From Methanobacteriota archaeon (GTDB taxonomy: Archaea; Thermoplasmatota; Thermoplasmata; SG8-5; JAGLSY01): a stretch of 64,000 nt of DNA. The stretch spans positions 87,615-151,614 of the forward strand of contig JAEHCQ010000003.1 in NCBI GenBank assembly GCA_020696385.1. The letters run 5' to 3'. Below, in pieces: positions 50,204 through 60,800 of this stretch. The notes beneath the pieces are model-generated. The model was not told the origin of the DNA and did not search any database. It worked only from the letters and a program-made list of their open reading frames with translations. Position 1 is the stretch's first letter, and every line of letters begins with the position of its first letter. The position numbers and the translations under genes are program-made.

Positions 50204-50554
50204 CTAAAAGAACTTCCGCATCCTGACGACGTCTTCCAGTTCGGCCTCGAACTTCAGCTTCTTTGTCGCCCAGGCCTTCATTGGCTTTAGCTCCTTTTTC
50301 AGAAGTGCCAACATATCAGCCTCTGTTATCTGGATAGCGACATCCGGATCCTCAATATAGCCTCTCTTGAAATCCGTCACATCACCATGGTTCAGGATAA
50401 ATGAGAAGCCTTCCGCATCTGTCAGCTCGATATTGATCGTGCGCTTCAGTGGTTTCATCTCCTCTCTCAGGCTCTCGTCCTCTATCATCTTGGCCCTGAA
50501 TTTCTCGACCGTGTTCAGTAAAAGTTGCTCCAGTTCATCCATTTTATCATCCAT
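50204..50554 (-). CDS. SCP2 sterol/lipid-binding domain protein
   Basis: PDV.I......LL..EL.PMKAW...KLK pattern. Confidence 0.8.
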   Translation of the reverse strand: MDDKMDELEQLLLNTVEKFRAKMIEDESLREEMKPLKRTINIELTDAEGFSFILNHGDVTDFKRGYIEDPDVAIQITEADMLALLKKELKPMKAWATKKLKFEAELEDVVRMRKFF

Positions 50555-50618
50555 CCAGTTATCTTATCGAATATTATTTATTTATTATTCAATTAATACT
50601 ATAATATCATTCCGTGCA

Positions 50619-51320
50619 TCAGTCTTCATCGAAGCTTGCCAAACCCTTCATGCTAAGCTCATTTATCAATCTTCCGACCGTCTTCCAGCTCATACGCGTG
50701 TGAGGGGGCATCTCCCCATGCTCCGTGTACCAAGCTTTCAGGAATTTAATGGTTACCGGATCGGAAGGATAGCCGCTTCCGATAGGCTGGCCGAGCTCCT
50801 TCTCGATATCCCGCACCATATTATCTCGTTTTGTCTTGGCCAGTATCGAAGCCGCAGACACCACGGGGTAAATGTCATCAGCCCCGTGTTTGGATGTTAC
50901 CTGGATACCCTTACCGGACTCGCCCATCTCCCGCAATACCTGTTTGCCAAATCCTTCCTCATTGGAATCCGCGGCATCCAGATAGGCCATGGAGCAGGGA
51001 CCAAGTTTTTCGATAACACTGGCGAAAAGCTTGGCTTCGATCACATTCAATGTGTATCTCTGGCGCAGAACGTCGATATCCGCGGCATCCATGATCGCGT
51101 ATTCGTATCTCGCGACCTTGCGGAGCTTGTCCGCGAGTTCCGTTCTTTTCTTGGGGGCCACCTTCTTTGAATCGCGTACTCTCAATTCCCTCAGAACATC
51201 ATCATCCTCCACCATCAGACCACATATTACCAGTGGTCCGACAACTGGGCCTCTGCCTGCCTCATCGACGCCGATGATGGCCTTGGACGATAGTGAGAAA
51301 TTCTCTGGCTCGGGGATCAT
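50619..51320 (-). CDS. rnhB: Ribonuclease HII
   Basis: GVDEAGRGPV.GP, DSKK, VSAASILAK, GSGYPSDP.T (archaeal type). Confidence 0.96.
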   Translation of the reverse strand: MIPEPENFSLSSKAIIGVDEAGRGPVVGPLVICGLMVEDDDVLRELRVRDSKKVAPKKRTELADKLRKVARYEYAIMDAADIDVLRQRYTLNVIEAKLFASVIEKLGPCSMAYLDAADSNEEGFGKQVLREMGESGKGIQVTSKHGADDIYPVVSAASILAKTKRDNMVRDIEKELGQPIGSGYPSDPVTIKFLKAWYTEHGEMPPHTRMSWKTVGRLINELSMKGLASFDED

Positions 51321-51392
51321 GACCAGAGATAGGCATGATAGTAAATAGGTATTGTTATGAGAGATAATGTGATCAGGCGAAATTATAAATAA

Positions 51393-51411
51393 AACCGAAA
51401 ATGTTTCGGTT
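51393..51411. promoter_or_regulatory. Inverted repeat, candidate DtxR-family operator
   Basis: AACCGAAA-atg-TTTCGGTT just downstream of TTATAAAT. Confidence 0.5.
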
Positions 51412-51457
51412 ATGGGATTTCATCATAGAAATTCCATAGATCCGCGGTGAGCCAGCA

Positions 51458-51964
51458 ATGACAACTGACAGAAATGAGGATTATCTAGAGGCCATCTACA
51501 CGATGACGAAGAAAAAGGGATATGCCAAAGTCCGGGACATATCTCAGATACTAGGTGTGGGACCGCCCAGTGTTACCGAGATGTTTAAAAAATTGGCAGA
51601 TGATGGCTTTGTCAATTATGAGAAATATAGTGGTGTCACACTCACTGACAAGGGGAAGGAGATTGCCAAAGCAGTTCGTGCCAAGCATGACACATTAAGA
51701 GAATTGCTCATCATATTCGGTATCGATGAGGCAATCGCCGAAGAGGATGCCTGCAAGATCGAGCACACCGTGAACCCCGAGACAATGGATCGCCTTACAA
51801 AGTTCGTGGATTTTGTCAAAGGAGCTGAGGATGAATCACACTGGTTCGCCCATTATCGCCATTATGTCGAAACTGGTGAGAGGATACAATGCAAGCCTTC
51901 AAAGGATCATGAATGCCCATTTCAGAAGGAATTATCGTCCAAGTCAAAGAAGAAGGATCAATGA
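51458..51964 (+). CDS. DtxR/MntR-family metal-dependent regulator
   Basis: EDYLEAIY, SVTEM..KL, LT..G, AEEDACKIEH. Confidence 0.93.
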   Translation: MTTDRNEDYLEAIYTMTKKKGYAKVRDISQILGVGPPSVTEMFKKLADDGFVNYEKYSGVTLTDKGKEIAKAVRAKHDTLRELLIIFGIDEAIAEEDACKIEHTVNPETMDRLTKFVDFVKGAEDESHWFAHYRHYVETGERIQCKPSKDHECPFQKELSSKSKKKDQ

Positions 51965-52190
51965 ATATTAGATCAAAAGTGCAAGGCCATATCTTTAATT
52001 ATCATATGTATAATTTGCTAAATGGCACATATGATAATCAAACAATGAATTATTATAATATTTTACACCTAATATATAAATCTGGCTCAGTGAAAACAAA
52101 CATAGGTTAACTTTATATAATTAAATAACTGTGTAATAATAAATTGGATAACTGTACAATACCAATCCGATATCAACTGGAGGAAGACAA

Positions 52191-55100
52191 ATGGATAAAA
52201 TCAATTATGTCAAGATCTCTGCATGTATACTGGCCGCGATGATGATAGTCCCAGCAGGACTCCTTTTCACGACCACGAATGAATCTGTTATCATTGAGCC
52301 AAACGCAGTGGTAGTTGAGGAGCAGGTGGATACTACCACCCTGCAGCCCAATGTAACTGTCGGTAAGGATGCCTGGTTCGGAAATCAAGGTGGATTTGAA
52401 AACACGAATTATGGATCAGATACCGAGATGTTGGTAGGGAATTTTAATGCTGCGGAATATCGTTCTATTCTTCAATTTGATGTTCCTGACAACAGTGCAA
52501 GTCTTTCATCAGCAACACTGTCCTTGTACAATACCATGGCAACAGGAGCTCCAATCAATGTATCAGTACATGGAGTGGCCAATGAGTGGGATGAAGGCAT
52601 ATACGATGGAGGAATAGGAGCTGCAAGCTGGTTAGGACGAATTGAAGAAAACCTATTGTTCGAGGACTTCGAAGGCACCGTGCCACCCGCAGGGTGGAGT
52701 GTTGTGGATCTCTCAGGAACTGGAAATGTATGGGATAGCAACACCAATTTAGGCCATGTAAATCGCTGCTTATTTGGAAGTGGCAATTCCGCGGCCACAG
52801 GACAGGATGCTACTGGTGGCAGTGATTTCTGGGATACAGAACTTATGAGCCCTTCAATAGACCTGACAAATCGTGCAAGTGCTAGACTGGAATATGCCAG
52901 TAATTTCCAGGATTTTGCTGGAAATGGAGATATATGGCTGAATATCAGCACAGATGCAGGAGGCAGCTGGACAACCCTTAGGACCCAAACCACGGATGAT
53001 CCAGGAGGTGGGACTTATGAAGTTGAAGATCTTACCCCATATGTCGGAAATAATATCATTCTCAAATGGACTTATAAAGCATCGGATACAACAAGCTGGT
53101 ATTGGCATATTGATGATGTCAATGTAACTGCAACGATCCCGTGGGACACACCAGGTGGAGATTATAATACCACAGAGGGATCTTACATCGAAGTAGCAGA
53201 TATAGATGCATGGTATTCATGGGATGTGACATCTATCGTGGACAACTGGATGGATGGAACCTGGGATAATAATGGATTCATCATGGTTCCAGGAGGCACA
53301 CCTGCTGGCCTGAACTATGTTAATTTTTTGAGCAGTGATAACCCCGCAAACGCGGACCTCACACCAAAGCTAACCCTGACCTACTCTACAGAGATCGATC
53401 CTGAGATTCCAGATCAGGTGATGAATGAGGATGCTCCAGCACGGGTTATTGATCTTGTAGGCTTGGCAAATGGAAGTGTGAAGCATGTATCTGGACCGGA
53501 TGGTGGAGGCAGTAGCTATCCATTTTCAGGAGGGTCTTATGACCAGATCCATTATCAGATGCTTTATTATCCTGAAAATATCGGAGGAGAAGGAGTTATC
53601 AAGAGAATATCATTTAACAGAACAAACTCGGCACAGACTGGAAATTATTCGAACTTTAAGATTTCCATGGCACATACAGACCAAACCTCTTTAACAAATA
53701 CATTTGCAAATAATTTCGTAGGATACCAAGTCGAGGTCTTCAATGAGGCAAATGTATTTTTGAATTCCTCAAATGATGACTCATGGATACATTTTGATCT
53801 GAATGATAATTTCACATATGATTCTTCGCATAACCTTTTAATAGACCTGACATGGAGTGGAGACGATGGCAATTCTATCTCGGCTTCAACTTCAACATTA
53901 TCGGGAGGGGACAGAAGGCTATGGGATACAACAGGAATAGCGGCTACAGGTAGCTTAAATAGCAATCTGCCAGAGATGATGTTCATTACAGATGTAGCTA
54001 ATTATGCGATCGTGGATGACGGCACCACACTCCATGCCTGGACCTTTGGACCATGGTCAGCGGGAGCAGAAAGGATCCAAATGCTGTATAATGCCTCAAT
54101 TATAAATGAGGCGGGCTATGTGAACATGATAGCGTTCCAGGGTCGTGAGGTAAATCCATTTTGGGCAGAAATGGAGAATTTCAGCATTAGGCTGGGACAT
54201 TCGACCAATGATACCTTAGGAACTGTATTTGATGCTCATCTCAGTGGAGCGTGGACAACTGTTCTGAACGAACCAGTCTACTACATTAACACTTCAGAGG
54301 ATCTGGAATGGTTCTTTATAGACGTGGAAAATAGCTTTGATTATAATGGTATTGATAATCTTCTTGTGGATATAAGATGGCGTGGTGGAAATACATCAGA
54401 TGGTTCTTCCCTTGGCATAAATTGCTATGGTACAGCTAGCTATAATGGATACCTGAGAGCGACCGATGATACCGCAACCACTGGAACTGCCTGGGACAGA
54501 TATAACAATCTCCAGGTATTGTTCTGCGAGTCGGACAATCTCACATGGTCTGCAGTAAGCTTGAATACTGGTCTTTTCACAGCAGGAATATCAGCAGACG
54601 GTCAAGGACTGGTCATCACCCCGATCGCGAATGAGAACGGAGTGGGTGTGGCACAGCTGACACTGACCAATGATAATGGTGGCACAGTGACCCAGGATAT
54701 TCCAGTAACCATAAATGCGGTCAATGACGCGCCAGTGATCGTTGGACCTACCACATTCAGTTGCACGGAAGATATCGAAGCTGTTCTCAATGTCAATACC
54801 GAAATATCTGATATAGATGATCTGCAGGAGGATCTGATTATATTCGTAAACTCGGCCTATGCATCCGTTAATGGAACCGAGGTAACATTCCTCTATCCCG
54901 AAGGGATCACGCAGGATAATGTCACAATAACCGTGGAGGATCCTGGTGGATTAACTGGTGAAGTATTGGTGAGCGTGGATATCACTCCAGTCAATGATGC
55001 ACCAGAACTCACGAACTATGTGGACAATATAACTTGTGATGCAGAGATGGAATTTGTATATACAGTTCACCCGATCGATGAAGAAAGCGTGACTGGCCAA

Positions 55101-56201
55101 CTTGTGATCTACACAACCTCAGCCTACGCGACCACGACAAATCATTCGGCCAGATTCCTATATCCAAAAGGAATCGGATCCGAGACTGTGACAATATACC
55201 TGGTGGATGAGAACATATATGGAAGCCAGAACAATGTATCCTACAGCTTGGAGGTCACAATAAATGATCATCCAGATATTACTAGCCATACACCAGCTGG
55301 AATTGATGTTCCGGTTACCTCCGGGGTCACGGTCACTTTCGATATGGCGATGGATACCAATACCACACAGAACGCCTTCGAGATGTCCATTGGAGGAACT
55401 ACAGTAGCAGGTAATTTCTCATGGAACAGTGGAAACACCACTCTGACCTTCACACCACAGGGCATACTTAGCGAGGGAACTTATGATGTCATTGTAAGAG
55501 CCAGTGCGGAAAGTGCAGATGGATTTGATATGCACTCTGCCTATTCCTGGAGCTTCAATGCATCCCTCGGAGACTATGATGGTGATGGAGACGGAATGAC
55601 CGATGAATATGAAATAGAGAATGGACTGGATCCAGATATTGATGACTCACAAAGTGATCTGGATGGAGACGGAATGCCAAATATATACGAATACGAAAAT
55701 GACCTGGATCCGGCTGTCAATGATGCAAATGCAGATGCTGATGGGGACGGAATGCCAAACATATACGAATACGAGAATGATCTGGATCCAAATGCAGATG
55801 ATGCAGATGGGGATGCGGATGGAGATGGCTTATCCAACCTTGAGGAATACGAGGGAGGAACTAATGCCAATGATCCAACTGATGCCCCCGATGATCCGAC
55901 AAACTGGCTACCGATCATATTTATCCTGGTCATAGTCATAGTCGTGGTCGTCGTCCTCTTCATGCTGAAGAACAAGAAGGACAAGCCAGAGCCAGAACCA
56001 GAACACGGTGTTCAGGAATGGGAAGGTCCAGCAGAGGACGCGCCTCCATACGAGGGAGAACAGACCCAGGATTATGAACAGGCTCCTCCCCCACCACCAG
56101 CAGGAGAAGCAGTAGAGCCAATGAATGATCAGACACCACCACCACCGCCACCGCCACCGCCATCTGGCGAGGTAGATCCTTCCGAGTTAATAACGGAATG
56201 A
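52191..56201 (+). CDS. Large surface protein (DNRLRE-like, adhesin-like, Ig-like and TSP3-like repeats, C-terminal TM and Pro-rich tail)
   Basis: Signal peptide, RSILQFD...SATLSLY, LLFEDFE..P.GW, D.DGDGM repeats, TM followed by KNKK. Confidence 0.88.
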   Translation: MDKINYVKISACILAAMMIVPAGLLFTTTNESVIIEPNAVVVEEQVDTTTLQPNVTVGKDAWFGNQGGFENTNYGSDTEMLVGNFNAAEYRSILQFDVPDNSASLSSATLSLYNTMATGAPINVSVHGVANEWDEGIYDGGIGAASWLGRIEENLLFEDFEGTVPPAGWSVVDLSGTGNVWDSNTNLGHVNRCLFGSGNSAATGQDATGGSDFWDTELMSPSIDLTNRASARLEYASNFQDFAGNGDIWLNISTDAGGSWTTLRTQTTDDPGGGTYEVEDLTPYVGNNIILKWTYKASDTTSWYWHIDDVNVTATIPWDTPGGDYNTTEGSYIEVADIDAWYSWDVTSIVDNWMDGTWDNNGFIMVPGGTPAGLNYVNFLSSDNPANADLTPKLTLTYSTEIDPEIPDQVMNEDAPARVIDLVGLANGSVKHVSGPDGGGSSYPFSGGSYDQIHYQMLYYPENIGGEGVIKRISFNRTNSAQTGNYSNFKISMAHTDQTSLTNTFANNFVGYQVEVFNEANVFLNSSNDDSWIHFDLNDNFTYDSSHNLLIDLTWSGDDGNSISASTSTLSGGDRRLWDTTGIAATGSLNSNLPEMMFITDVANYAIVDDGTTLHAWTFGPWSAGAERIQMLYNASIINEAGYVNMIAFQGREVNPFWAEMENFSIRLGHSTNDTLGTVFDAHLSGAWTTVLNEPVYYINTSEDLEWFFIDVENSFDYNGIDNLLVDIRWRGGNTSDGSSLGINCYGTASYNGYLRATDDTATTGTAWDRYNNLQVLFCESDNLTWSAVSLNTGLFTAGISADGQGLVITPIANENGVGVAQLTLTNDNGGTVTQDIPVTINAVNDAPVIVGPTTFSCTEDIEAVLNVNTEISDIDDLQEDLIIFVNSAYASVNGTEVTFLYPEGITQDNVTITVEDPGGLTGEVLVSVDITPVNDAPELTNYVDNITCDAEMEFVYTVHPIDEESVTGQLVIYTTSAYATTTNHSARFLYPKGIGSETVTIYLVDENIYGSQNNVSYSLEVTINDHPDITSHTPAGIDVPVTSGVTVTFDMAMDTNTTQNAFEMSIGGTTVAGNFSWNSGNTTLTFTPQGILSEGTYDVIVRASAESADGFDMHSAYSWSFNASLGDYDGDGDGMTDEYEIENGLDPDIDDSQSDLDGDGMPNIYEYENDLDPAVNDANADADGDGMPNIYEYENDLDPNADDADGDADGDGLSNLEEYEGGTNANDPTDAPDDPTNWLPIIFILVIVIVVVVVLFMLKNKKDKPEPEPEHGVQEWEGPAEDAPPYEGEQTQDYEQAPPPPPAGEAVEPMNDQTPPPPPPPPPSGEVDPSELITE

Positions 56202-56235
56202 TCGGATCCAAAACATAGGCTGTATTGAAATAAAT

Positions 56236-56262
56236 AAGCCAAGCCATTCAAAGGCTTGGCTT
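56236..56262 (+). terminator. Hairpin terminator
   Basis: AAGCCAAGCC/GGCTTGGCTT followed by a pyrimidine tract. Confidence 0.65.
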
Positions 56263-56497
56263 CCCATTTCCTTTTAGATTTTGATCTTAGCACATAATAT
56301 GGTCTTAATAGATCATTTGATCTTTTTTGCCATCATGACAGCAAAAAGGCTTATCAATGTCTCCTGTGATACAGGCCTGGTTTCAAATGAAGAACTCGAA
56401 ACCAGTGGCCTATGTTCCAACATCATGAAAAAGAATGATGAACAGGAATAAAGCCGTCCTAAAAAGATATAGCCAGACTTCAAAGGGAAGTGAGTAA

Positions 56498-57637
56498 ATG
56501 GACTTCAATTACACAAAGGAGCATGAACTGCTGAGAAACACGGTACGCGAATTCGCGGAGAAGGAGATCAAACCTATAGCTGGGGATATCGACAAGAAAG
56601 GCGACATCCCCAAAGAGATACTGGCCAGAATGGGTGAGATGAATCTCATGGGATTAACAGTGCCAAAAGAATATGGTGGTGCTGGCTGCGATAAGATAAG
56701 CTACATGATCGCCCTTGAAGAGATCGCCAGGGTCTGTGGCTCAACGGGTATTGTCACCGAGGCACATAATTCACTGGGTGTTGGACACATTTACGAGAGA
56801 GGGGATGAGGAACAGAGGCAGAAGTGGATCCCAGACCTCGCCGCAGGCAAGAAATTCGCCGCCTGGGCACTGACTGAACCCAGCGCAGGTTCAGATGCCG
56901 GTGGCCTTCAAACCGTTGCAGTGCCGGATGGAGACGAATGGGTACTGAATGGTACCAAGGTCTTCATCACCAATGCCACGATTGCTGATTATGTCACTGT
57001 CATGGCTATCACGGACAAATCAAAGGGCCCGAGAGGAATAAGCGCCTTTGTGGTTCCCACCGGAACCCCAGGATACGAGCTTGGAACAGAAGAGGACAAG
57101 CTCGGATTGAGAGGATCGCACACATCTGAACTGGTTTTCGAAGATTGTAGGATCCCAAAAGGTAATATTCTTGGTGAGCCAGGAACTGGATTCACGGGTG
57201 CGATGAACATACTGGACCGCGGTAGGGCCGCGGTCGGTGCGCTGGCCGTGGGTCTTGCCCAGGGTGCGCTTGACGAATCCGTAAGATATTCAAAAGAGAG
57301 AGAACAATTTGGCAGACCGATAGCCAAACTCCAGGCCATCCAGTGGATGCTGGCAGATATGGCCACAAAGATAGAGGCCTCAAGATGGTTGGTTTATAGG
57401 GCTGCATGGATGGAAGACCAGGGTATCAGATTCAGCAAAGAAGCTTCGATAGCGAAACTATATGCATCTGAGATGTCCACACAGGTTTGTCTGAATGCGA
57501 TCCAGATCCATGGCGGATATGGGTACACAAAGGATTATCCTGTCGAAAGGATGCTCAGAGATACAAAGCTCATGGAGATCGGAGAGGGTACCAGCCAGGT
57601 ACAGAGGCTGGTCATTGCTAGACAGTTATTGAGCTGA
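56498..57637 (+). CDS. Acyl-CoA dehydrogenase (short/branched chain)
   Basis: [26 protein letters not shown]. Confidence 0.95.
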   Translation: MDFNYTKEHELLRNTVREFAEKEIKPIAGDIDKKGDIPKEILARMGEMNLMGLTVPKEYGGAGCDKISYMIALEEIARVCGSTGIVTEAHNSLGVGHIYERGDEEQRQKWIPDLAAGKKFAAWALTEPSAGSDAGGLQTVAVPDGDEWVLNGTKVFITNATIADYVTVMAITDKSKGPRGISAFVVPTGTPGYELGTEEDKLGLRGSHTSELVFEDCRIPKGNILGEPGTGFTGAMNILDRGRAAVGALAVGLAQGALDESVRYSKEREQFGRPIAKLQAIQWMLADMATKIEASRWLVYRAAWMEDQGIRFSKEASIAKLYASEMSTQVCLNAIQIHGGYGYTKDYPVERMLRDTKLMEIGEGTSQVQRLVIARQLLS

Positions 57638-57717
57638 AAAAGTGGATTCTGATACAAAAAAATGTATCATTGATAGCTAATGATCTCATTATTATATGCA
57701 GCAGTACTTATATTTAT

Positions 57718-57754
57718 AGAAAGCTTTATATAATGAACTGAGAAAGCTTTATAT
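57718..57754 (+). promoter_or_regulatory. Tandem duplicated BRE/TATA
   Basis: AGAAAGCTTTATAT at 57718 and 57741. Confidence 0.6.
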
Positions 57755-57883
57755 GAGCATATACATACAAACATAGATTCTATATATAAGCAGATATTGT
57801 CGTGTCTTAACTATATACTAAATGCATACTAAATGAGGAATAGATGGCAATATGATCGAACTATAATTTATTGATATTAGGAG

Positions 57884-60800
57884 ATGAATAAGATGAACAA
57901 GAAAATATTAGCGACCTTTATGGCGCTTGGAATGGTATCAATGACCTTTGCTATGCTGGTACCAGCAGTATCAGCAGCAGATGATCAAGCAGAACCAAGC
58001 GCATTTCCAACTTCAATGTTGGACCCCTTTATGTCAGATGTATCAACAGTCGGCTTTTTCGTAGCCGGTGTGATTGATATCGTAGGGGCGAACGTTATTG
58101 TAGATGTTGACAGCACTACAGGAGCTTTTGCAGATGGAGCCGGTAACTTCGGTTCTTTCTCAGCAACAAGCAATGCAGCTGGTGCATACAGAGTAAGTGT
58201 TACTGGTCTTAATGAGGCTTTCACCTATTACTACAGGGTCAGGTTCGTCGATGGTGGGGACACAACTTACTTCCCAGGTGCAGGTGTAGCTGTTGGTCCA
58301 GAGAGGATCGGAGCAACAAGCGCACCTGTATCCAACACAGCTGTTTCCCAGTTAGTCAGAGAGACAGTCACTGCAACAGGCCAGGGAAATATGCTGGCAG
58401 TGATGTCCGTGGACAACACATGGCCATTGACTTTCTTTACAATGGGAACTGGATTGGCTGCTTATGCAAACAACAACCTGAGGGACATGACAACTGGATT
58501 CTATCACGCACAGAACGATGTAACATCCACCTTTTACCTGGGTGGATACGGAATGTGGAATGACGGATCTGGATTAATGTATTGGTCATCAGTCCCGCTC
58601 GATGACACATACACTGGAATTCCAGCACCAATGTCAGGAGTTGACACATACCTACCAATAGCAGCAAGCACTCCTCCAGTTTCGATGTTAGACCCCTTTA
58701 TGTCAGACGTATCAACAGTCGGCTTTTTCGTAGCAGGTGTAGTTGATATGGCAGGAGCGACCATTATTGTAGATGTTGACAGCACCACAGATGCTTTTGC
58801 AGATGGAGCTGGTAACTTCGGTTCTTTCTCAGGAGCAAGCAATGCAGCTGGTGCATACAGAGTAAGTGTTACTGGTCTTGATGAGGCTTTCACCTATTAC
58901 TACAGGGTCAGGTTAGTTGATGGAGCAGATACAGCCTACTTCCCTGCTGCAGGCACAGCTGTTGGTCCAACAAGGATCGGAGCAACAAGCGCACCTGTAT
59001 CCAACACAGCGGTTTCCATGAGATCATATGAGTGGAATCCGCCAGCAACAACAGGCCAGGCACTTATGTTGGCTACGATGTCCGTGGACAATACATGGCC
59101 TCTGTCCTTCTTTACAGTGCCTGCACCCGCAGGAATGGCTGCTTTCGCAAACAACAACCTGAGGGACATGACAACTGGATTCTATCACGCACAGAACGAT
59201 GTAACATCCACCTTTTATCTGGGTGCATACGGAATGTGGGACAGTGGATCAGGAGCCATGTACTGGCAGTCAAACATGACTGATGACACATACACAGGAA
59301 TACCAGCGCCACTATCAACAGTTAGTACATACCCGCCTGCAGGAGCAAGCACAGCTAAAGTAACAGGTCCAACTGGAGTATCAACAGACAACACACCTGA
59401 TGTGACATTCACAACAGTCGGTAATCCCGCAACAGTGGACATCTGGTCATGGGATGGAACTTCCTGGACAAATGAGGGAACAGACGCAGACGGTGTCGGT
59501 CCATTCACAGTTGCAGCACTGGCAGACGGCACATACAGTTGGTATGCACAGTCACCAAGTGAAGCAGTTCCGGAAGATGCAGGAGATGCTGAGGCTGGCC
59601 CATACATGATAGACTCCACAGCCCCAACCATCAGCTCAACAAGCCCAACACACCTGGACACAGGTGTCGCGGCCACTGCAAATGTAGTGATCACATTCGA
59701 TGAGCCGATGAATACGGGAACTGTAGGATATACCTCGTCACCACTCGTCACCTTCACAGAAAGCTGGGACGGAACCAATTCCATAATGACATTGAACCCA
59801 AATACGGACTTGGCAGAACTGACCTCTTACACAGTGACCATAACAGCAGGCCAGGATATAGCAGGGAACTTGCTTGTCGGAACACCGATCGATATCCAGT
59901 TCACAACAGCAGATACGACTGCACCAACAGCAGCACCAACACCAGCTGATGGAATAACTGGAGTGTCAACTGCATTGCCTTCATACACAATAACATTCAG
60001 TGAGCCAATGCAGGCAGTAGGTACAATTGCAACTGATGACCTACCAGGTGGATCATGGGCATGGACAACGACAACAACCTATGTCAAAACAGGATTCACA
60101 CTTGCTGAAGTGACAGCATATGATGTTGTTTTGAACGCAAACTTCCTTGATCTGGCTGGAAATGCAGTAACTGGAGACATAACATATGTCTTCACAACTG
60201 CTGATGAAACTGCACCGACAGCAGCACCAACACCTGTTGATGGCGCAATTGATGTCGCAACCGCAACTGCATCATACACAATAACATTCAGCGAACCAAT
60301 GCAGGCAGTAGGTACAATTGCAACCGATGACCTGCCAGGTGGATCATGGGCATGGACAACGACAACAACATACGTCAAGACAGGATTCACACTTGCTGAA
60401 GTTACAGCATATGATGTTGTTTTGAACGCAAACTTCCTTGATCTGGCTGGAAATGTAGTAACTGGAGACATAACATATGCCTTCACAACTGCTGATGAGA
60501 CCGCACCAACAATAATCGGCGTGACACCAGCAGATGGAGCCATAGGTGTAAGTGTAGCCAGTGGAGTAATGGTCATTGAGCTCAGTGAGCCAGTGACTAT
60601 CACAACACCACCAACGGACAATCTACCAAACTCTAATGGCGGATTGGATCCAACAGGCATGTGGGCAAACGTGACATACGACGCACTAGCTGATCTGACG
60701 ACATATTACCTCGACATGACTGGATCGGGAATTACTGATCTGGCAGGTAATCCACTGGGAGGGAATCTCAACATCACCTTCACAACTGGTGACTTCACTG

